From NCBI GenBank assembly GCA_965178125.1, contig OZ237735.1, positions 2,356,001 through 2,420,000 on the forward strand: a stretch of 64,000 nt of DNA, read 5' to 3'. Below the pieces are notes generated by a model that saw only the letters and a list, made by a program, of their open reading frames with translations, ran no database searches and was not told where the DNA came from. The stretch is from Bilabrum cf. latius. Taxonomy: Eukaryota. Numbering within the stretch: position 1 is the first letter of the stretch; every line of letters starts with the position of its first letter. Of the stretch, positions 50,501 to 61,309 are shown piece by piece. A program made the translations under genes and the position numbers.

Positions 50501-53242
50501 CGAATTGAGCCTGTACAAGATGACTTGAGAGTCAGATGACAGGGAGGACACCGTAGAGCTGCCGTCAGTCGTGCCCTCAGAGCCCCTCTCTTGCTGCTTG
50601 GCTGCCGTGGTAACCAACACAGCTCGCCTCAGGTCTCCCACCGTCTTGCCAAACGGCACCCGGAACGCTAACGAATGCCCCAGCAGATTACTGCTCGGAC
50701 TGCTGCTGCCAGCCGGACTTGATGCCGATACAATATCAACAGTCACTCGCGTAATGCCGTATCCTGCAACGGACTTGAGCTTCCTCCACACTGACCGTGG
50801 GTCTAGATCTGACGGCTGTTTGGCTAGTAGCTTTGCTCGGTGCGGCATGAAGGACGCGACGGCGAGCCTGTGCTGGGCAAGGGCAAGCTTTCCTTCAAAC
50901 TCACCAGGGAAGGAACGTGGGGCCTCGTGTCTGCCCGATCCGCCCCAACCCCCCCTGCCCAGCTGTGGCATAAGCCTAGGGCTGGGCAACCACGTCACTA
51001 GTAGAAGAACGGGGCGATCTGCCAAAGCTTTAGATTTCCAATGGGTTCCTTCCAGCCCTCGGAACTTGCGGACCCTTGATTTCGAGGGGAGCTTCTCTGC
51101 TATGTCTGAGACGGATTGCAGGTCAGGGCCGACCTCAAGTCTTCGAGCGAACCGCATGTACAGATACTATGGTCTGTCGACACGGAGCTACAGCTGAAGT
51201 CTGTGGCGGTGCATGTGCATTGCAGTTGTTGCTTCAGCTGTAGGTGGGAGCTCTAGTACAGCGCCTGGCATCTCGCCATGCCCACCACTCGCAGGTACCG
51301 CTTTGCCCTACCTAGCGTGCTCTGGCCCGAGTTCTCGTAGTATTGTTTTCGGTAGTCCTCGAAGTAATCCAAGCGGAAGCAAAGGCTCTCCGTCCGCGGC
51401 TCTCGTGCCTGTCGCGAACTCACCCCCAAGCCCAAGCGGTGGCAGCCTCGGAGACGATGCGACCAGCTCGTTCCGCTCGCCTGAATCGATTCGATGCGAT
51501 GCCGCCTTCTCTTTTGGGCTCCCTCGCCGTGGCCCCGCAATTCCGACCGTCTCAGAATCAGAGCACCCTTCCAACGATGCCGCGTCATTCGCACCATCGT
51601 CAGTTTCGCTCTGCTGCTAGTCGTCGGCAGGGTTCCACGCTCGGACGTGTCCGTGTCCGGCAAGCGTGAGGAACTCAAGAGCCGCAGTGGGTGGGTCGTC
51701 AAATCCAAACGCTGAGAGTACAAGCTCCTCTTCATCCCGCTTTGGCGCTTTGGCGTGCTTTCGCTCCGGTGCTCGGGTGGGCGTGCCGCCCTAGTTGCGT
51801 CGTTGCGCTGAAGAGTCGCTTGCACCACCAGACATCGTCGCCGACCTCGTGTGACCGATCATTGCGCCTCCTGTCCCTATGAGGTCGTCTTCCGCTGCCG
51901 CAGCTCGCAGGCCGCGCTCGGTGGACGTTGCGCTTCGCCCATGCCTGAGTGACCGCGGACCAGGACGGTGCTGGTCGTTGTGAGCAATCGTCGCAGACTC
52001 ACCAGGTGTCTATGATGAGCGGTACGAAGCGAGCACCCAAGTGAGCCGACGAGCTGTAGAGGCACTACTTGTTCCACCATGTTTCCCACCGCTGCCGCTG
52101 CTGCTCCCAGATAGAGATGTGGGCAGACCTCCCCCCGTATGCAAAATGTAGCAAGCGGCCTGAAGAGCGGGCGTCATACGCACCTTGGAAGACAGGCCAC
52201 CAGCAGTCGATCCAGAGGTCGCAGTCTTCCCAACGGATCCACCGAGCCAGGGGCGAACCGAAGAGGAGCCCCGGTGCCCTGAATCTCCGGATTTGTCGCC
52301 ACGTTTGATCCAAGAGCTTCCGCTGGTGTGCTTGCCTCTTGCTCCTGTCGCCGGCAATGGTCGCTTGGAAGCTCTCCGAGCTCGGGCAGCTCCACTAACG
52401 CTTTCATCAGCACTCCTTTCGCTATCCTCAGTGGCCTATCTCAGAGTCTGACGGACGCCCGACCCAGGCTGAGACTGCTCCGACTTCAAGCGTCCCGGCG
52501 TGGGCACCACCTGCGCCGAAGATCCAGCCACTTGCTAGATTGTCGGACGCTCGCGTTTATTACTCTCGCTTACTGCAGCCTTGGGGCGTTCACTATCTGA
52601 ATTGCTACCGGCGCTTCTCAACAGCCCTGTAGTACTCCGATTGCTTCCGGCGCCTTCATTGGATCGCGAGCCATATTCTATTTCCTAGCTCGCTGCCCCA
52701 GGTGGAGCAGGACCACTTACAATTTCTGAAGTATTAGATTCAAATACAGTGCTTGCCCCCACCGAACTCGATACATCTCGTGCAGTTGTTGCCGAAATTT
52801 CTGAAATTCGCTCGGACAAGTCCTCTGGCGCTCGAAACGTGGCAAAATCGTCTAACCCAACAATTCTGAAGGTCGACTTAATTGTATTGATCTCAGAAGC
52901 CCAAAATCTGCGAAGAACCAATGCCGAGCTTCTCCCAAACCACCCAAATGCAGCAGCATGTGACGACGTGCTTGGCGATGCGCTTGCGCCTGCAGTACGG
53001 ACGGCCACTGTCGGGAGAATCCCAAAGGCGACGGAATCATTACCAAGATAGCTGAAGATCTCTTCCACTTTGCATGACACCGGATCGCGGATTTTTGCTG
53101 GGTCCGCTGAACCATCTGCCAGCCAAATCGTCGCAAGCCCAGATAGGGAAGCGAGGCGAAGTGCTTGAATCAAGTCCTTTCTAACCAGACCTCCGATTGT
53201 TTGTGACGGGGCTCGTTTTCTAGGCCCACTTTCTGTGCTCAT
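47510..53242 (-). CDS. Large protein kinase (TKL-like C-terminal kinase domain, long low-complexity N-terminus, ~1910 aa)
   Basis: ORFs 52685.., 52010.., 51308.., 49928.., 49385.., 48212.. and 47804.. share a frame and are joined by TAG. Motifs IGEGKYAVV, VAVK, HRDIKSFN, DYG, GTMGWVSPE, DVFSLG, CWAYKPSDRP. Ends with TGA at 47510. Confidence 0.8.
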
Positions 53243-53361
53243 TAGCTGAGAATTGAGCAGTTTGAGGAAGAAAAAGGATCCTCTTGGCGGGGCGCTTGGA
53301 ACCCGGAACCGGAAAAGGGTCGCAAGTGCAACTGCAGATCTTCTTCACAACAAAACGACGT

Positions 53362-55482
53362 TTAATTCGGCAACACGCTAAAGGCTGCATTCGAGCACTA
53401 CTGTGCAGTGGATCCCTGCATCACGCCGCTCCAAGCCGCCCGAATCGCCCGCAAGGCAGCCAGCCTAGAGCAGCTCGCACCAACTTGCCTCGCATGGGGA
53501 CTGGCTGCTGTGGCGGTGCTACCGACCGTTTCCAATGTAGGTGCCTCCTGCTGGTCAGTCCTAATACCTACAGCTACGCCCGTCTCCTCCACGGCCGCAC
53601 GCTCGTCTCGCCCCGTCTCCTCCACGGCCGCACGCTCGTCTCGCCCCGTCTCCTCCACGGCCGCACGCTCGTCTCGCCCCGTCTCCTCCACGGCCGCACG
53701 CTCGTCTCGCCCCGTCTCCTCCACGGCCGCACGCTCGTCTCGCCCCGTCTCCTCCACGGCCGCACGCTCGTCTCTCCGAGAGTTAGTGGAGACTTCACCC
53801 CCATCTCCAGCTGTCTCGGCGGCACCTTCATCCTGATTGCTTGCAATGTGCTTAGCTGTAGGGTAGGACGGTCCAGCCCCCAACGCGGTCTCGATATCCG
53901 CCGGGAGCTCCTCCAGCACGGTGTGGCAGTGGCGCATGATGTCCTCGGCAAAGGACTGCAGGCAACAACTCACGAAGGTCACGGCTGCTGCACGCCGCCC
54001 CATCCGACCGGAGCGCCCTACGCGGTGCATGTACTTGTCCGTATCAACAGGCTGGTCGTAGTTAATGACGAGTGTGACGTGGTCCACGTCAATGCCCCGC
54101 CCCAGCAGGTCAGTTGATACCAGCAGCCGGGTGGTGCCGTCGCGGAATTCTTTCATCCTTGCCTGCCGCTCGGCCATCTTCATATCGCCGTGTGTGCTCG
54201 ACACCGGGCAGTCAATCGCACGCATTGCGCGTGATACCGCTTCCACTGCAGCAATTGTGTTGCAGAATATAATGGCCTTGTAAATGGGGACCCGCTCGTA
54301 GATCTCAGCTAGCGTTGCCAGCTTATCATCGTTGCTTTGCATCTCGACGACGTACTGCTTGACACCTTCCAGTGTTAGGTCCTTGGCCTTCTCCGCTATC
54401 CACAAGCAGTCCTCTTTCACGCCATGCTGGGCACGAGCGATGGCACGATCGTCCATCGTTGCACTGAACATGCATGCTTGAGTCGACGGCGGCAAGCGCC
54501 CCAAGAGCGTGTCCCTCATGGCAAAATACTGATCGGTTAGGAACAGCGTGTCCATCTCGTCCAGAACCAGTATCTGCAGCTCCGACAAGTCCAAGCCCAG
54601 GCTCGCCTGCATATGTTGTATGCGACCCACCGTGCCGACAACCACGTCAATGCCGGCATGGATCGCCCTGACATCCTCCTGCACCGGCAAGCCACCCACG
54701 CAGATGCGGACCCGGACGCCCATCCTGTGGCCTATGGACTGCAAGTCTTGTCCGATCTAGGTCGCAAGCTCCCGCACTGGAGCAAGGACCAAGGCTTGCG
54801 GCGCCCCGTGCGTTCTGCTCCGGCTAGTATCGATACGTTGCAGCAGTCCGATGCAGAATGCAGTCGTCTTGCCAGTGCCAGATGATGCTTGTGCGACCAC
54901 ATCGCGACCACGCCCCATGGGTGCAATGACCTTGCACTAAATGGGAGTGGGCACTGTCAATCCGTAGTCGAACACGCCCCGGAGAAGGTCTTCTCGCAGT
55001 CCCATGTCCGCAAATCGCTCGGTATACCCCGAGTCCTCAGGCTGCTCGTCGTCTTCGTTGTCGTCTTTGTCTTCATCTTCCTCTTCATCTTCCGAATCGT
55101 CAGGGCGGTCCGGACGGGGCTGCGGCTCCTAGTGAGGGCTATCGCCCCTATCACTGAAATCACGCTGCTGGCCGTCCTTGCCACTACCACATTTCGCCTT
55201 CAAGATGTCCTCGGCCTTGCTGCCTCCGCCTTTTGCGCAAGAAGCAGCTGCCCCACTGGCGGCAGCTGCTCCTGCATCCTAACTGCTTGGCACGTCGTGC
55301 TGGCGATCGCACGGGCCACTGGAGGCCGCACACGCGCAGTCATTTGTGCCTTCTGGACTACTTTGTGGTCTGTCTGACGAATCCCAACCACACGCGTCGT
55401 CGAATACGTCGGTCCAACCATCCAACGAGCCGTCGTACTCTGCTGCAGTTGGCGACAAAGAATTAGTCAGAAAATGCATCAT
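53362..55482 (-). CDS. DEAD-box RNA helicase, divergent eIF4A-like
   Basis: Q motif PTPI* (54937), SGTGKT, PVRELAT*I (54757), DEMD, SAT, RGID and HRVGRSGR. Acidic N-terminus. Reads through TAG 53398 to TAA 53362. Confidence 0.85.
53578..53773. repeat. 33-bp coding tandem repeat x6 ([11 protein letters not shown])
   Basis: GCCCGTCTCCTCCACGGCCGCACGCTCGTCTC(G) units in the helicase C-terminus. Confidence 0.9.
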
Positions 55483-55537
55483 GAAGCCTATAAGGAACGG
55501 GATGTATTAATTGTAGCGCTAGGTCGAGTTTGCACTA

Positions 55538-55577
55538 CCCGCATGAGCCCGCATGAGCCCGCATGAGCCCGCATGAG
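55538..55577. repeat. 10-bp tandem repeat (CCCGCATGAG)x4 upstream of the helicase
   Basis: Directly visible in the sequence. Confidence 0.9.
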
Positions 55578-56091
55578 CTGCTGGACGAATTGCCAGCGAG
55601 CCGAGAACAGGCATTCCGTAGCTGCGAGCTTCCTGGCCAACATCTAATCTAGCGCGCCAAACAAAACCCCGAATGCGATTCTCTCACGTTCTCTATCCGA
55701 AATTTGGTTTGAACAAGTTGCACCAGCCCCAGAACATGGTTGCGAGGTACCATCACTTTCTGGCTCCCCATTGCCACCAGAGCATGCCGGCTAGGCCTAC
55801 CTCTAGCAGACACCGGTGCCTCCTGAGATGCACGGCTACTCCTCCTCACTGCTGTGCCCTTCAACACGCCTCTCCTCCTCTATCGACTCCTGCGTATTTG
55901 CTGCAATTACATTCGCGGACCCCTTCATTTCTAAGGAGTGATAAACCTGCAGCTCCGGCCACGAGCAGAACCTCGGAGAACCTTCGCAGCCTTCGCCGGA
56001 AAATCGATTCTCGGTGGTGGACAAATACAATGAAACTCTCCATTCAAGCGCCAAACATGGTTCGATGCTTCAAATCCGGCACCGATGTTTC

Positions 56092-58270
56092 TCAGTCGAC
56101 CTCATCTGCCTCAGGCACGAACAGCATCCCACCAGGCTTCTCCTAGTCTTCGCCGCTGCTGTCGCCGTCATCATCAGTGGCAAGCCCAGCGACATCACGC
56201 CCGCCGGTCCTGTCGCGAGCAAAGTCGCTCCTATCAACCCTTCCTGGCTCGCCCCCTAGCCCTCCTTTCTGCTGCTGCCACCACGGCCCTGCATCGCCAC
56301 CGTCGCCGGCGGGCAGCATCGGCCCGCCAATCTTCAGGAACTCGAGCACCGTCTCCGCCTCCGCCGCTGCCTTCTCCTGCTGGGCCAGCCTGAGCAAACC
56401 CTCGTGATCCCGAGGCCCGCTGCCCTCTCTGCGGAACCAGGACCGCGCGGCGGTGGCACGGTCCCACCGGATGCCGTACTTCTGGTCTGGCGCCGGTAAT
56501 TTGTTCCCGCGACTGCTGCTCGGGTCCGGCTGGCTCCGTTCGAGCGTACCGGTAGACGACCTGCCAGCGGCTGCCTTTGCCAGAGCAGCCTCAAGCAGAT
56601 CAGAGTCGTCTGCTGGCACATCAGACGGCACCGGAGCTTCCCCTTTTTCCTATTCACCGTGCTGGGTAGTGTCACCGTCACCTAGCACACCAACAAAGGA
56701 CGGCTTCGCATCCCTAGCCCCAGTCGACAACAGCCCGGTCTTCCACTAGGATGACGCTAGTCCCAAGAGACAGTACATTGTGTGGTAGTAATCCCTTCTC
56801 ATGCTAGGCTTGTCTCTGAGACCGCCATCGGGCTGCTGGCAGCAGCGGAGCAAGTACCGTTGCAGGTCTCCGCGCTGAAGCAAGTGCTCGATGCTCCCCG
56901 TAGGCTCACCACTCGACGGAGCGCTAGCGCGCTATACGAGAGTATGTTTGTCGCTGCTTACGGCAGAGATGGTGGGGTATTTGCAGGAGTCGGCCGCATC
57001 GCAAAATGTCCGAGGTAGCGAGCCGTCATCCAATCGCACACCCTATCGAGCCCCATGGCTGCGTTGGGACTCTTGAACATCGGCTGTGAATCCTAAAGAC
57101 GATGCAACTGGTGCAGCTACCGGGTCTCCGTGCTCAGAGCAAGAAGCAGCTGCTCGCCTCGCCCGAAGCCTCCGAGCAAGTGCGCCGGAAACCCCGGCAC
57201 CTGCTCGGCGCATGGCAGCGACGGCCGTGCGGACCGGCGCCTCTTCAGAGACACCGAATGCTCCTCCCTACCAAAAGGAGTAGCAGCCGTCCACAAGCTT
57301 GTGCGAGCGCCCCTGAAACCCGCCCTCCGCTAGCATCTGCTTGGTCGCAAGCCACCGAGCATGCGCTCGAGCGTCGATGCGGGGGTCGTTCCAAGCGTTC
57401 AAAATTTTCAATGCAGCAACGGCGCAGAAATTGTAACCGCCGTGCGGCTCGCAGCCCGGTTCTCCGGCAAAGCCACCCTCGTGAGACTAGCACGAGGCGA
57501 TAAATTCAACGGCCCCGGCTGCGAGCTGCTCAGTGAGCATCCCGGTCAGATCAGCTATGCAAACCGCAATGTATACAGCACGAACATCCACTTCTCTGCG
57601 GTTGCAGGTGCGTCAAAAGCTCCCAAAATAGTGTGCATTGGCAAGGCAAGACGGCAGCTTTCAATGCAACCAATAAGTACGGTGCTCACCCGTCCGCGTG
57701 CATTGCAAAGCCTCCACAGGTCGATTTCAACGAGAGAAGATAGCGATACAGTAGCCCGCGGCGAATGGATTTGTAGCTGTCTTCAGTTCCGAGCGAGCAA
57801 ATCGCCAGCGTGCTGGCGTACGTTGGTGCTAGGTGCGCGAGCTGATCTGGCCCGCCACAAAAACCTCCTTGTGTGCTCTAGCACCGCTGCCCAAGGAAAT
57901 CAATCAGATATCGCCTCGTTTCAGGCGGAACGGCATGGCCAAGGAGATCAGTGCTGTTAAATATCCAGTAGGCCAACCACGGCCGGCTTGAATCCAACCG
58001 GCTAAATTGCTGCGGTAGCCTATGCATGCCTCGAAAGAGGTAAGCAAGGTGCTTGGAGCGTATCAACTTTGGTTTGGCCACGTCACGCTCCTCAAAAAGA
58101 CCATTATACCCATGAGCAGGCTTGCTGCCTAAGAATGTACCGCACTCCTTCTCTGTTCCCGCCTGCTTCACTGAGGTCTACGTGGGACAATTCTCGTTCA
58201 GATCAACCTTTCCATAGAACGATCTAGGGAGTCCGAGCACGTTCATTGCAATGTCAACGGCTGCATCCAT
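56092..58270 (-). CDS. FNTB: Protein farnesyltransferase beta subunit (one intron near 57600-57690)
   Basis: LDSSRPWLAYW, C*STQGGFCGGPDQLAHLAPTYA, EVDVRAVY, C*SHEGGFAGEPGCEPHGGYNFC, GRSHKLVDGCYSFW*GG and GGLRDKPSMRRDYYHTMYCL. TGA at 56092. Confidence 0.88.
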
Positions 58271-58963
58271 CTTGCAAGGCAATAATGTGTGGGCCACGGT
58301 CCGTGGCCCACGGATAGAGATTCCGAATCCGGATCTGTCTTCACCGCCAAATGGTCGGCGCCGCGCCCAGTGAATGGCGACGGGACCGATTTAAGTGCAC
58401 GCAACTATTTCGGGGTTCTGGCCAAATCTGGAACCGCCCATTATCTCGAGTATTACTCGTTCAACGTGAAAGTTAATCACATTAAATGATTTCATATGAT
58501 ACTATTGTGTGGTATTGGCTGTGGATAATTATGTTAGACATCGTGATGCGCACCTGTGATACCATGAAGGGTCGGTACCCCCTGTTGCTTGGGGGCGGCT
58601 AGAGACGTACACAGAAAGGGTTTTTGATCAAAACGCCTAGAATCGCACCCAAATCCAAGTAACCATCGACTGTGAGATTATCTGGAAAATGTTTTTGGTT
58701 AGCGTCGTGCCAGGCCTTGCCAAAGGCAATATCGCACTGCCCTGCCAGGGACATACATCCCCTGATTACAGGGCCCATAGGAGTCACTGCGCAAAATTGA
58801 GCCCGCAAATGTGTATTTGGATTTCATTTACATCCATTGTACCGGTATGCGTTAAATTGATTTCGTGCCGAACCGCCGGAACCGCACCAGGTCCACGAAG
58901 TCGTGTGCCTAGCGCGGCTGGGCTTCGTTCGAGCCGAACCAAAACGCCCCCTTCGAGCGCATG

Positions 58964-60292
58964 TCAGCCCGTAGAACCCCGTGACGGCTGAAGACGAAAC
59001 CTCGAGACTACCCTCCCAGACCGCGTTGTCGCCGTTGCTATCTGCAATCCCTGCTCCTGTGCCTGCTCGGCTGCGTCCTGCGCTTCCTGGTCCACCAGCT
59101 CGTCGTCCTGTTCCTTCAGCTCGTCCTCCTGGCCCGCCAGCTCGTCTTCCCCGTCGCTACTGTAGTGTTCAACCACGTTCTTGTCCATGTCTGACCGCCA
59201 TCGCTTGCTTTTACGCCTTGCCGTGATGCTCGAGACCGCGCTTGACTCGCCTGCTCCTGCCCCTCCCTTCGCTGCTTCTTCAAGTTCTGCAAACTGCCTT
59301 TTGCTCCCGCTCCCGCCCTTGCCCTCGATCAAGGCCTTACCTGCGCCCCCGCCCTTGCTCCTGACCTTGCCCCCGCCCTGGCTCTTGCCCCTTCTCGCAC
59401 CCTTCTAACCCCGCGCCTTCTTGCCAGCGACGAGATGCAGAAACGGCTCCAGGGACAGCTCTGATCCAGCGCTCTCTATGGCAGCCTCCAGCGAGTCTCC
59501 TCCTGCCCTCGCTCCCCAGCCAGACCGGAACAGCCGCGAGGCCAGGTCCAGGATGCTCTCCCGCTTCTCTGTGTCCTCGACCAGCTTGAACGCGTCTCGG
59601 GCAGCACTCTCGAGCTCTGGCACCCCACGAACGAATCGGCTCTCCCTGTTGGCCAGGATCCACAGCACGGCGTGCCAAGGCTGCACCAACGACCCCACCG
59701 AGCAGGCCTGCGCAACCCTGGATCGAGCGACCTTCGCCGCTGGTTGGGCGAGGCTATCCGCCGGAGGCATATCGCTGCCATTGCTCGGCCCAGGCGCTGC
59801 GCCGCCAGCCGCCTCACCTTGCATTCTGTCTCGCCACGGGCGCAGCAAGAGCCCCTCCGGTCGCCCCGGCTCCCCTGCCACCCTGCCCAGCGGCCCTAGC
59901 CCCAGAGCCGCCCGGGCGGTGCCAGAGCTCAGCAGCTGATTCCAGGCCAGCTGCGCCTCGCGCACCTCCTCGGTAGCGGGGGCGCCGCTTGCCAGGCTGT
60001 CGTGGGCCGAGCGCACGCAAGCCCCCACCAAGTTGATCATGGCACGAGACACGGCTAGCCGCATCATGTCGGGCGAGGGTGCAGTCAGGACCGACATTCC
60101 CCTCCGCTGCACGCACAGCTGCCCGAGACCCACAAAGCAAGCCGCTTCCAGGAGGTCGTCTGTGGTAGCGCCTCCCACCGCGGCGTTGTCCCAATCTCCA
60201 CCGCGGAGAAACTTCGCAACGTGCTCACTCGCATCCTCGTCCTTGGCCAAATGCGACGGAATGCCAGCGCGGACAATGGACGCGTTGAGCAT
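58964..60292 (-). CDS. Hypothetical protein with a basic/acidic C-terminal tail (5' end uncertain)
   Basis: ORFs 59405..60292 and 58964..59332 are joined in frame through TAG 59405. Ends with TGA. No recognisable domain. Confidence 0.5.
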
Positions 60293-61309
60293 TCCGACGA
60301 GCGTGATGTCTCTCGCCTGAATTCAAGGCCCGCCCTGCTGTCAATACATCTGTTTTCGCCGCCTGGGAGATCCTACTGAGAAGCTTTAAGGCCACTCAAG
60401 GCATCTTCGGTCGCCTGAGCCTGCGATAATTGCGATTAAGGTACCTCAAACAATATATATTCACTATATATACACATCTAAGCCGTCAAATGCACCAAGT
60501 TATGGCTATATTGGGTCAGAGAGGTGCATTTGCTCTTGCGCAAGCCCCATCTTTGAAGCCAATTTTCACAAAACTATCATCTCCGATTCTACTCAAACTC
60601 GCTCAAATAGTAGAACATCGCATGAAAATCGATATGCAGGCCCGGCAAAATGAACTCGGCGCAGGTAAGACCTGCAGGTCGGTAGCAGTACGGCACCCGA
60701 ACCGCTCACAAAGCACGAAAGTGCTGAGGATTCACCCTAAGCGGCACAAAATCGTCCGTCTGGAACATATCTCCAATACGTGTAAACATAGCAACATATG
60801 TATCTGCATAGGAAGCCTTGATGAGGCTCAGTCGCCAAGATAGCCAGGAGCCGCTGCACACCAAGGACGGTCCCCAACACAGGTACGCGTATGCATTCCA
60901 ATTTGAAACAAACGAGATCAAGCACACGACCAAATACTTCTTAAGAATGTTTTACACAAAATGTCAATGATAGTATTTGAGATTTTGCCTCAATCTCGAG
61001 AAAATCGCGATTGAGTGCCAGGCGAGCAGCGCCTCACCTTGTCGGACGGGCCAGTAGAGCTATTTGCGGGATGCATGACCTCGAATCCAGCGCACCAATC
61101 GAATAAAGTAATCAATTCAATCGTATTGGCAGACTCTCGAAAGAATTCATTCAGCGGGAGCCGAGAAAAGTGGCTGCAAAGAATCCGGAACCCTCTCCCG
61201 TCGCCATTCACTGGGCGCGGCGCCGACCAAAACTGCCTTGCCTTGTGTCACCTTTCTGTGTCTGGTTGCTTCAGGCTGCTACACAATCATTAACATGTAT
61301 ACTCAACAA

